A stretch of 64,000 nt of DNA from Octopus sinensis. Its lineage: Eukaryota. The notes beneath the pieces are model-generated. The model was not told where the DNA came from. It saw only the letters and a program-made list of their open reading frames with translations, and ran no database searches. The DNA is taken from assembly GCF_006345805.1 (NCBI RefSeq), contig NC_043014.1, positions 22,816,001 to 22,880,000 on the forward strand. Direction: 5' to 3'. Positions 12,820 through 23,138 of this stretch are shown here, piece by piece. The first letter of the stretch is position 1; every line of letters starts with the position of its first letter. A program made the translations under genes and the position numbers.

Positions 12820-13075
12820 TAAAAAAGGAAAATACACACACTTACATAGTTTTAATACAATTTTTAATATATCGACTGGTTTCGCTTTCGCTATTCAGGA
12901 TATTATGTTTTACTTATTTGAATATGTATTTTTTCTTAAGAAGAAATTTTGTCCATGTTGTGTGTGATGATATTCACGAGTGAATGATTTCACAAGTAGA
13001 TAAATAAGGGGAGGTAATTGGTTATCATTATTATTGTTATTGTTGTAAGTAAGGGAGATAACTGTTCAGCTTTCG
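12820..13075 (-). repeat. Inverted pseudo-LTR upstream of the Penelope ORF
   Basis: Its reverse complement shares TTATCTCCCTTAC, ATTACCTCCCCTTAT and AAAACTATGT, in that order, with the post-ORF 3' end of the PLE at ~59840-59990, and it contains a hammerhead fold. Confidence 0.7.
12869..12903 (-). ncRNA. Minimal type-I hammerhead ribozyme fold, probably inactivated (G8>U)
   Basis: AUAUC-CUGAAUA-GC(GAAA)GC-GAAA-CCAGUC-GAUAU: 5-bp helix I, GNRA-capped helix II, GUC cleavage triplet. Confidence 0.65.
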
Positions 13076-13169
13076 GTAATGGGAGGGGAATATATATGTA
13101 CAGGCAAAACCAGTTTACCCAAGCAGCAACAGCAATCCTAATATAATAAGTACTAATAATACTGATTTA

Positions 13170-15127
13170 ATTTATAACAATAATAACAGCAATAATAACT
13201 TCTACCAACCAAATTACAATAAACATTTTTTAGACCAAGTGGAGAGAAACAGGGACACGTGTTGGAACAAAACGTACAGGAGAAACCCAAAGTGATTAAC
13301 TTATCAAAGAAAACTCTCTCTATAACAATAATCAAAGTTTTAAAGTTTACTCCAACCCCACGAAGATCTAACCATAATGAAATTAAAGACAGTATTTCGG
13401 AATTCTGCAGAAAACTACGACTCACAGAAGCACTAACTGACTACGACAATGAGGACGGATCACTAGTCAAAAACAGAAGTAATTACCTTCCACATAAAGG
13501 TAGGAATAAAACACTGGATGACTTCTGCAACCATATCCAAAATTTCCCCTATACATCCAATAAAAGAAAAATTAATCCGAACCTCAAAAATCTGGAATGG
13601 AAAAATCTGACTGAACTACAAAATGAGAAAGACCTGACAATTAAAGAAGCAGACAAAGGAAGTGCTGTAGTTCTGATAGGCACAGAACACTATAAAAACT
13701 AGTATTATCCATACTAAAAAACGAAAAAGTTATAAACCATAAACAACAAAAAACAATGAAAAATCTAGCATCCTTAATTCTTCTACATGGAAAAGGCCTG
13801 ACAGAAAAAGCAACAGACTGCATCACGAACTTCAAATGTAAACCCAGTCTTTTTTACGGCCTTCCTAAAATACACAAGAGCAAGATAATCAATGAAGCTT
13901 GCAAACAATCACCAGGCAAATATATAAATATCCAAATGCCAGAAGACTTCACTCTAAGACCCATTGTAGCTGGGCCAGCCTGTGAAACCCACCGACTAAG
14001 CAATTTTCTAGACATTCTACTGAAACCCTTGCTGAAATACATCAAAAGTTTCATTAGAGATAATTTAGATATGCTAGAACACCTACCAAAAACAATTAAG
14101 GAAGAGGCAATATTGGTTACCCTCGATGTTATCAATCTTTACACCAACATCCCCCATGATTATGGAATAAAAGCAATTAAATTCCAGTTGGAAAAGTACC
14201 CCGAAGTACTCCCGGAATGCATAAGCCAGATCTTTATTATTGAATCCTTAAAATTTATACTTCAGAACAATTATTTTCTATTTGATGACACATACCATCA
14301 TCAGAAATGCTGAATTGCGATGAGAACAAAAGCAGCTCTTTTTCTTGCGAACCTAATAATGGGTTATTTTGAATTCACCTTATATGAAATATCACTTCAG
14401 AAATATGGTTACCCATTGGAAGAGATACCTAGATGACTGCTTTATCATTTGGAAGGAGAACATTGACAAACTTTTGGATTTCAAATCAACACTAAATTAT
14501 ATAAATGGTAACATTCAATTCACAATGGAATATAACAAAGAACAACTCCCATTTTTAGACATCATGATAAAAAAAGGTTAACAATCAAATCATAACTAAC
14601 AACTCATGCCACTTGAAACACATCAAAATAAATATCCCTTTCAATTTGGTAAAAAGAATTTGCACAATAGTGTCTGATAGAACAACTCGGGACCTTTGTC
14701 TTCAAGACCTCAAAACAGTGCTTATTGAAAAACAATATCCACCCTCACTTATCGACGAGGGAATTAAATGTGCCAAACAATTAGACATAAAAACACTAAG
14801 AACAACAAAACATAACACCACACCTCATCTCAAAACATTACTATTTATATCAACACACAATCCCAGAAACAGTGAGGCATTCAACACTATTGTACAAACT
14901 TCTTCCTTTACTAACTAGAGATCCAAAAATGAACGACATCCTGAAAACACACAAACTGATCAAATGCAAAAAACAAGACAAATCGCTAAAGAGACTACTT
15001 ACAAATGTGAAGCTTTACAAAACAACCACGAAACCAACGGTTGAAAAATGTGGACGCCCAAACTGTGGAACATGCCCCAACCTACTTGGAGGCTCAGATT
15101 TCCTTTTCAAACAAGGATAGAGATTCA
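13170..15127 (+). pseudogene. Penelope-like element RT plus start of GIY-YIG region, disrupted
   Basis: PLE motifs VINLS, IKEADKGSAVV, FYGLPKIHK, LRPIVAG, LDVINLYTNIP, WKRYLDDCFIIW, LPFLDI and CGRPNCGTC. Confidence 0.9.
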
Positions 15128-15664
15128 CTGATACCATCAATTTTAAATTTTATCCACAGATGATATTAGCGGTAATGACATCTTATTTCAAATCTTAGTG
15201 TTTGAATGTTTTGTCTATAAATATTTTTGCACCATGTGGTGTGTTTTTGATGCAAAACAAAACCAGTACACTAGTGGAGTATAACGTGACAAATTTTACT
15301 AGGTAGTCTAGACTGAAGAGGGTCAAAGATTTGATTTCCAGGTATGTGGATTTCCTAAACTGCATATTCCTTCATAGTTGTGTTTTTGAATGTATTAATT
15401 CTTTCCATTATTACTCTGTTATCTTGGTGCTTTATGGTGGTTTATTTGATACTTTAGCTCTTATTTCTGGCAGGCTGATGCTTTTCTGCATCCTTATGCT
15501 TCGTGCTAATTTGTAATTTACAGCTAAATAATGCATATATACATATACATGTATCTATATACAAGTATATATATATATACACACATACATGTATATATAT
15601 ATATATATATATCCACAATATATATATATATGTATATATACATATATATAAATATATAATATAT

Positions 15665-16110
15665 ATGTATCCAGCATCACTACACTAAAAAGGTTGCTAC
15701 AGTCCAGCAGATGAACTACAGGAAGAGGCTGAAAGAACTACAACTCTACTCCCTTGAGTGCAGATGTGAGAAATATGTAATAATTTGCTTGTGGAAAATA
15801 CTGGAAGGGCTAGTACCCAATTTTGGCATCAAGTGTTATATGAATGCTCATATTGGACGCTACTGCATAGTACCAGAGGTAGCATCCAGTGCATCTAACA
15901 TAAGAACCAGGAACTGTACTACAATACCCTTGGGGTTAGAGGCTCTGCCTAAACAATTGTGAAACTTACACAATATAGATGTGGAAGTCTTCAAAAAGAA
16001 ACTGGACACTCTCCAATCTACAATAATAGATGAACCAATGGCTCGACATGAGGCACAGTTGAGGGCAGCAGTGTCAAATTCCATCATACACCAGATAGGC
16101 CATCAACAAT
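15665..16110 (+). mobile_element. CR1-type LINE 3' fragment
   Basis: MNYRKRLKELQLYSLECRCEKYVIICLWKILEGLVPN matches the CR1 ORF2 C-terminal YxERLxxLxLxSLE pattern. Confidence 0.7.
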
Positions 16111-16189
16111 TTTGATGGGATCGCATTAGTCGGAAGAGAGGAAACATGGAAGGATTGTGGGGAGGGTACAGAAATAAAGGGTGAAAAAT

Positions 16190-16258
16190 CATGGTGTGGA
16201 GCGCCAGCATGACCACAGCCACCTGCCTGAAACACATAAAAGAATAAAAGAAGAATAC
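16190..16258 (+). mobile_element. SINE 3' tail fragment
   Basis: CCAGCATGACCACAG...TGAAAC..TAAAAGAATAAAAG, the same tail as the SINEs at 38.9, 41.4 and 63.9 kb. Confidence 0.5.
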
Positions 16259-16281
16259 ATATATATATATATTTATATATA

Positions 16282-16318
<37 letters not shown>

Positions 16319-18664
16319 GAAGAATGTACCCCACAACATAGACTGGTAGTTAGTGACTTTAGGATCAGGACTAGGAGGACAACCAGAAGACGACCAATAT
16401 GGAGAAGAAGGATCTGGAAGCTTAAAGATCCTGCAAATGGACAGAGATTTAGGGACATATTACTTGAAGCCTTTGACGAAGTAGAAGGGGATAGATCATC
16501 ACAGGGGGTAGAAGACAACTGGACGTTTCTAAGGGACAACCTGCTGAGAGCCACTGTCCAGATCTGTGGCTGGCGCAAAGTCCCCTCTCGACCTAGAATA
16601 ACATGGTGGTGGAACAATATTGTAGACAGGGCTATTAGAGAAAAGAGACAGGCTTGGAAGGTTTGGAAAAATGGGGGTAGCAGGGAATTGTATCAGACTG
16701 CCAAAAGAGAAGCTAGGAGACAGGTTTATTTAGCCAGAAGGGAAGCAGATAAGAAAAAATTTGCCAATGTTCTGCGCCGTGAGGACCAAAGACTGGAGGT
16801 GTTTCGCGTTGCAAGACAGTGTGTGAGAGAGAATCGTGATGTGGTAGGAGAGAAGTGTGTTCGCATGGATGATGGTTCACTTGCGCTAAATGAGGATGCA
16901 AAGAGAGAGGTTTGGAGATGCCACTATGAAAGGTTGCTGAATAAAGAAAATGAATGGGATAAAGAGAGTCTGCCGAATGTTGACCCAACAGAGGGACCAG
17001 CTATCCGAGTTGATAGTTCCGTGGTAGCTAAGGCAATTAGAAGCATGAAGACAGGGAAAGCCCCAGGCCCATCAGGAATTACTGCAGAGATGCTCAAAAT
17101 GTCTGGTAGTGTCGGCTATAGCCTAGTCACCCGTATAGTTAATCAGGTGATACACAAAGGAGTCATACCCAATGACTGGTGTAGCAGCATAATAGTCAAC
17201 TGCTACAAAGGTAAAGGTGACGCCCTAGATACAAATAACTACAGAGGTATCAAGCTGCTGGATCAGGTGATGAAGGTTACGGAGAGGGTCATAGCCCAAC
17301 AAATTAGAGAGAGAATTAGTTTAGATGAGATGCAGTTTGGGTTTGTGCCAGGGAAAAGTACTACTGATGCTATATTCCTGGTAAGGCAACTGCAGGAGAA
17401 ATACCTAGCCAAAGATAAGCCCCTGTACCTGGCTTTTGTTGACATGGAGAAAGCCTTCGACAGGGTCCCCCGATCCCTTATCTGGTGGTCAATGAGGAAA
17501 CTAGGGATAGATGAATGGTTAGTGAGAGCTGTGCGGGCAATGTATAGGGACGCTGCTAGTAAGGTGAGGGTTGGCAACGAGTACAGTGAAGAATTCTGGG
17601 TGGAGGTAGGGGTCCACCAAGGCTCAGTCCTCAGCCCCCTCCTATTTATCATAGTCCTCCAGGCAATAACGGAGGAATTCAAGACAGGATGCCCCTGGGA
17701 GCTCCTCTATGCTGATGACCTTGCTCTAATTGCTGAGTCGCTATCAGAACTGGAGGAGAAGTTTCAGGTGTGGAAACAAGGATTAGAATCGAAGGGCCTC
17801 AGAGTCAATCTAGCTAAAACCAAAGTTGTAATCAGTAGGAAGGTAGACAAATCACAAACGCCTTCAGGTAGATGGCCCTGCTCGATCTGTAGAAAAGGTG
17901 TAGGTAGAAACTCTATAAGATGCACCAAGTGTAATCTATGGACACATAAGAGGTGCAGCAATGTCAAAGGAAGGCTAACTAGGAAGATGGTTTTTGTATG
18001 TGGCAGATGCTCAGGAACAATAAACACTGAAAATGCTCTGAGACCAACTTCCGTCACTTTCCAGGGAGAAAAACTAGAAATAGTTGATAGTTTCCGTTAC
18101 CTAGGTGACCAAGTCAGCAGCGGGGGCGAGTGTGCTGAAAGTGTAACTGCTAGAGTAAGAATAGCTTGGGCAAAGTTCAGAGAGCTCTTACCTCTGCTGG
18201 TGACAAAAGGCCTCTCGCACAGAGTGAAAGGCAGACTGTATGATGCGTGTGTACGAACAGCCATGCTACATGGCAGTGAAACATGGGCCGTGACTGCTGA
18301 GGATATGCGTAAGCTCACAAGAAATGAAGCCAGTATGCTCCGATGGATGTGTAATGTCAGTGTTCATACTCGGCAGAGTGTAAGTACCTTGAGAGAAAAG
18401 CTGGACCTAAGAAGCATCAGTTGTGGTGTGCAAGAGAGACGTTTGCGCTGGTATGGTCATGTGGCGAGAATGGATGAAGATAGTTGTGTGAAAAAGTGCC
18501 ACACCCTAGCGGTTGAGGGAACCTGCGGAAGAGGTAAACACAGGAAAACCTGTGACGAGGTGGTGAAGCACGACCTTCGAACTTTAGGTATCACTGAGGA
18601 AATGACTAGAGACCGAAACCTCTGGAAGTGTGCTGTGCGCAAGAAGACCCGGCAGGACAAGTGA
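16319..18664 (+). CDS. RTE ORF (end of APE, linker, reverse transcriptase, PHD-type finger, C-terminus); lacks its N-terminus
   Basis: 781 uninterrupted codons containing PQHRLVVSDF, MKTGKAPGPSGI, NYRGIKLL, QFGFVPGKSTTDAIF, FVDMEKAFDRV, GVHQGSVLSPLLF, YADDL and FRYLGD. Confidence 0.85.
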   Translation, partial: EECTPQHRLVVSDFRIRTRRTTRRRPIWRRRIWKLKDPANGQRFRDILLEAFDEVEGDRSSQGVEDNWTFLRDNLLRATVQICGWRKVPSRPRITWWWNNIVDRAIREKRQAWKVWKNGGSRELYQTAKREARRQVYLARREADKKKFANVLRREDQRLEVFRVARQCVRENRDVVGEKCVRMDDGSLALNEDAKREVWRCHYERLLNKENEWDKESLPNVDPTEGPAIRVDSSVVAKAIRSMKTGKAPGPSGITAEMLKMSGSVGYSLVTRIVNQVIHKGVIPNDWCSSIIVNCYKGKGDALDTNNYRGIKLLDQVMKVTERVIAQQIRERISLDEMQFGFVPGKSTTDAIFLVRQLQEKYLAKDKPLYLAFVDMEKAFDRVPRSLIWWSMRKLGIDEWLVRAVRAMYRDAASKVRVGNEYSEEFWVEVGVHQGSVLSPLLFIIVLQAITEEFKTGCPWELLYADDLALIAESLSELEEKFQVWKQGLESKGLRVNLAKTKVVISRKVDKSQTPSGRWPCSICRKGVGRNSIRCTKCNLWTHKRCSNVKGRLTRKMVFVCGRCSGTINTENALRPTSVTFQGEKLEIVDSFRYLGDQVSSGGECAESVTARVRIAWAKFRELLPLLVTKGLSHRVKGRLYDACVRTAMLHGSETWAVTAEDMRKLTRNEASMLRWMCNVSVHTRQSVSTLREKLDLRSISCGVQERRLRWYGHVARMDEDSCVKKCHTLAVEGTCGRGKHRKTCDEVVKHDLRTLGITEEMTRDRNLWKCAVRKKTRQDK

Positions 18665-19303
18665 GTCCATAACCCGTGGCCTTCTACATGGGATGGAGCC
18701 AGCCTACGTATGCATACCTTCCCTTCTTGGGACACAAAACTCTACTTGTGAAGACCTGTTGAGGCAAGTGAGGATCAGAATCAAAATCGATCAATGGAAA
18801 TTGCAGATGTGTAACCAGTGCCGGTGGCATGTTGAAACTCTACTTGTGAAGACCTGTTGAGGCAAGTGAGGATCAGAATCGAAATCGATCAATGAAAATT
18901 GCAGATGTGTTACCAGTGCCGGTGGCATGTAAGAGAACCTTCCGTTTCGCGACCATTGCCAGAGCCGCCCCGACTGGCCTCGTGCCGGTGGCACGTAAAA
19001 AGCACCATCCGTTCGTGTCCGTTGCCAGCCTCGCCTGGTCCCCGTGCCGGTGGCACATAAAATGCACCATCCGTTCGTGGCCGTTTGCCAGCTCTGTCTG
19101 GCACCTGTGCGCGTGGCACGTAAAAAGCACCCACTACACTCACGGAGTGGTTGGCGTTAGGAAGGGCATCCAGCCGTAGAAACACTGCCAGATTTGACTG
19201 GGCCTGATGAAGCCTTCTGGCTTCACAGACCCCAGTAGAACCGTCCAACCCATGCTAGCATGGAAAACGGACGCTGAACGATGATGATGATGATGATGAT
19301 GAT
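16319..19303 (+). mobile_element. RTE LINE, 5'-truncated, youngest copy (copy C)
   Basis: Open frame to 18664, a ~620-bp 3'UTR with internal repeats, a (GAT)n tail, and (AT)n on both sides. A ~95-bp tandem duplication lies at ~18737-18930. Confidence 0.95.
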
Positions 19304-19440
19304 ACATATATGCATATATATATTTTAATATATGTATATATATATATATGCATACACACACACACATATATATATGTGTATGTGTGTGTATATATACATA
19401 TATATATATATGTATGAATATATACATATATGTATATATC

Positions 19441-19660
19441 TGCCAGACCCGCCTGTCTGGCTCCCATGTCAATGGCATGTAGAAAGCACCCACTAGATTC
19501 TAGGATTGGTTGGGGTTAGGAAGAGCATCCAGCCGTAGAAACATTGCCAGATCAGATTGGAGCCTGGTGCAGCTGCTGGCTCTCCATACCTCAGTCAAAC
19601 CGGTGAACACATGCCAGCATGGAAAGCGGACGTTAAACGATGCTGATGATGATTGCGATG
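19441..19660 (+). mobile_element. RTE/SINE 3' tail fragment
   Basis: TAGGAAGAGCATCCAGCCGTAGAAAC...CAGCATGGAAAGCGGACGTTAAACGATG. Confidence 0.7.
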
Positions 19661-19734
19661 ATGTATATATACATATATATGTATGTATGTATATACATGT
19701 GTATATATATATATATATGTATATTTATATATAT

Positions 19735-19779
<45 letters not shown>

Positions 19780-19926
19780 AATATATACATATATATGTAT
19801 ATATACATATATATGTATATATACATATATATACATATATATACATAAATATATACATATATATGTATATATACATATATACATATATATGTATATATAT
19901 ATATATATACATTCATATATATATAT

Positions 19927-22771
19927 GATGAAATAGAAGGGGGTATAGCACCTTTGACGAAATAGAAGGGGGTATAGCTACACATGGGGTAGAAGACAAC
20001 TGGACGCTACTAAGGGACAACTTGCTGAAAGCCACTAACCAGATCTGTGGCTGGTGTAAAGTCCCCTCAAGACCCAAAATAACGTGGTGGTGGAACAATA
20101 TTGTTGACAGGGCTATTAGACAAAAGAAACACAAAGGCTTGGAAGGACTGGAAGAACGGTGGTAGCAGGGAAGTGTATCAGACTGCCAGAAGGGAAGCTA
20201 GGAGGCAGGTGTATATAGCCAGAGGGGAAGCAGATAAGAAAAAATTTGCCAATGTTCTGCGCCGTGAGGATGAAAGACTTGAGGTATTTCGTGTTGCAAG
20301 ACAGTGTGTGAGAGAGAATCGTGACGTGGTTGGAGAGAAATGTGTTCACAGGGATGATGGTTCACTTGCGCTAAATGAGGATGCAAAGAGAGAGGTTTGG
20401 AGATGCCACTATGAAATGTTGCTGAATGAGGAAAATGAATGGGATAAAGAGAGTCTGCCGAATGTCGACCCAACAGAGGGACCAGCAAACCGAGTTGACA
20501 GTTCCTTAGTAGTTAAGGCAATTACAAGCATGAAAACAGAGAAAGCCCCAGGCCCATCAGGAATTACTGCAGAGATGCTCAAAATATCTGGTAGTGTCAG
20601 CTATAGCCTAGTCACTCGTATAGTTAACCAGGTGATAACACGAAGGAGTCATACCCAATGACTGGTGTAGCAGCATAATAGTCAACTGCTACAAAGGTAA
20701 AGGTGACGCCCTAGATACAAATAACTACAGGGGTATCAAGCTGCTGGATCAGGTAATGTAGGTTATGGAGAGGGTTATAGCCCAACAAATTAGAGAGAGA
20801 GTTAACTTAGATGAGATGCAGTTTGGGTTCGTGCCAGGAAAAAGTACTACTGATGCGATATTCCTGGTAAGACAGCTGCAGGAGAAATACCTAGCCAAAG
20901 ATAAGCCCCTGTACCTGGCTTTTGTTGACATGGAGAAAGCCTTCGACAGGGTCCCCTGATCCCTTATCTGGTGGTCAATGAGGAAACTAGGGATAGATGA
21001 ATGGTTAGTGAGAGCTGCACGAGTCATGTACAGGGATGTTGCTAGTAAGGTGAGGGTTGGCAACGAGTACAGTGAAGAATTCCGGGTAGAGGTTGGGGTC
21101 CACCAATGTTCAGTCCTCAGTCCCCTCCTATTTATCATAGTCCTCCAGGCAATAACGGAGGAATTCAAGACAGGATGCCCCTTGGAGCTCCTCTATGCTG
21201 ATGACCTTGCTCTAATTACTGAGTCACTATCAGAACTGGAGGAGAAGTTTTTAGGTGTGGAAGCAAGGATTAGAATCGAAGGGCCTTAGAGTCAACCTAG
21301 CTCAAACCAAAGTCCTAATAAGTAGGAAGGTAGACCAATCACAAACGCCTTCAGGTAGATGGCCCTGCTCGATCTGTAAAAAAGGTGTAGGTAGAAACTC
21401 TATAAGGTGTACCAAGAGTAAGCTATGGACACATAGGAGGTGCAGCAATGTCAAAGGAAGGCTAACTAGGAAAATAGTTTTTGTCTGTGGCAGATGCTCA
21501 GGAGCAATAAACACTGAAAATGTGCAGACACCAACTTCTACCACATTCCAGGGAGAAAAACTAGAAGTAGCTGATAGCTTCGCTACCTAGGTGACCAAGT
21601 CAGTAGCAGGGGTGGGTGTGTTGAAAGTGTAACTGCTAGAGTAAGAATAGCTTGGGCAAAGTTTAGAGAGCTCTTACCCCTGCTGGTGACAAAGGGCCTC
21701 TCGCCCAGAGTAAAAGGCAGGCTGTATGATGCATGTGTACATACAGCCATGCTACATGGTAGTGAAATATGGGCTGTGACTGCTGAGGATATGCGTAAGC
21801 TTGCAAGAAATGAAGCCAGTATGCTCCGATGGATGTGTAATGTCAGTGTTCATAATCGACAGAGTGTAAGTACCTTGAGAGAAAAGTTGGACCTAAAAAG
21901 CATTAGTTGTGGTGTGCAAGAGAGACGTTTGCGCTGGTATGGTCATGTGACGGGAATGGCTGAAGAAAGTTGTGTGCAAAAGTGCCACACCCTAGCAGTT
22001 GAGGGAACCTGTGGAAGAGGTAGACCCAGGAAAACCTGGGACGAAGTGGTGATGCACAACCATCGAAATTTAGGTCTCACTAAGGAAATGACTAGAGATC
22101 GAGACCAATGGAAGTATGCTGTGCGTGAGAAGACCCGGCAAGACTAGTGAGACCATAACCCGTGGCCTCTACCTGGTATGTAGCCAGTCGACTTATACAT
22201 ACCTTTCCTTCTTGGGAGACAAAACTCCACTTGTGAAGACCCGTTGAGGCTAGTGAAAATCAAAATCAAACCAAATCAAATCAGATATCAGAAAGCAGAA
22301 CCAAAATCGAAGCCGATCAACATCAATGGAAATTGCAGCTTTGATACCAGTGCCGGTGACAAGTAAGTGAACCATCCGATCGTGGCCTCCGTGTGGGTAG
22401 CACGTAAAAAGCACCATCCGTTCGTGGCCGTTGCCAGCCTAGCCTGGCCCCCGTGCTGGTGGCACGTAAAAAGCACCATCCGTTCGTGGCTGTTGCCAAC
22501 CTCGCCTGGCCCCCATGCCGGTGGCATGTAAAAAGCACCATCCATCCGTGGCCGTCTGCCAGCTACGTCTGGCACCTGTGCGTGTGGCACGTAAAAAGCA
22601 CCGACTACACTCTCGGAGTGGTTGGCGTTAGGAAGGGCATCCAGCCGTAGAAACACTGCCATATCAGACTGGGCCTGAAGCAGCCTTCTGGCTTCACAGA
22701 CCCCAGTTGAACTGTCCAACACATGCTAGCATGGAAAGCGGACGTTAAATGATGATGATGATTATGATGAT
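19927..22771 (+). mobile_element. RTE LINE copy D, in tandem downstream of copy C, with frameshifts and stops
   Basis: Colinear with copy C; CGA>TGA stop at ~20957; frameshifts near 20637, 21250 and 21585; short duplication at the 5' junction (19927-19980). Confidence 0.95.
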
Positions 22772-22799
22772 ATATATATATATATATATACATATAAAC

Positions 22800-22839
<40 letters not shown>

Positions 22840-22843
<4 letters not shown>

Positions 22844-23135
22844 TAAATTAGAGATAAAACCACTATTAGGCAAATCAAACAGTGAAAAACATAAGCCAAT
22901 GCATAAAATTAATTTAATTTATATTATTTTAAATATATATCAAAAGTATTAAAAGTTTAATAAAAGATAAAGAGTAAAACACTACGATCGTTTCATGGCT
23001 GTACCAATTCGAATAACAATAATTTAAATTCAATTAATAATTCGAGTTATGGTTACAGTCAATCTTCAGGTTAATTGAAATATTTAAAAAATAATCAGAA
23101 ATATTTAAACAATATTTTTAAGATATAAATAATAT
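22840..23135 (-). mobile_element. AT-rich PLE-type terminal segment with a hammerhead-like fold (22981-23072)
   Basis: CUGAAGA, long imperfect helix II, then GAAA-CGAUCG-UA; helix I is weak. Confidence 0.5.
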
Positions 23136-23138
23136 AAT

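Noticed and set aside
15313-15340. CTGAAGAGGG downstream of the PLE ORF
   Set aside because: No GAAA or helices follow it.
17263-17682. Recurrent antisense ORFs (MNSSVIAWRTM..., also at 20749 and 36001)
   Set aside because: They are shadow frames of the RTE RT, repeated only because the element is repeated.
18940-19135. CRISPR-like or regularly spaced array
   Set aside because: The units are tandem, without unique spacers, and belong to a LINE 3'UTR in a eukaryote.
19510-19985. [16 protein letters not shown]-type ORFs here and at 2900-3238, 28388-29011, 52638-53165, 58495-58755 and similar sites
   Set aside because: They are translations of microsatellites, with no coding signal.
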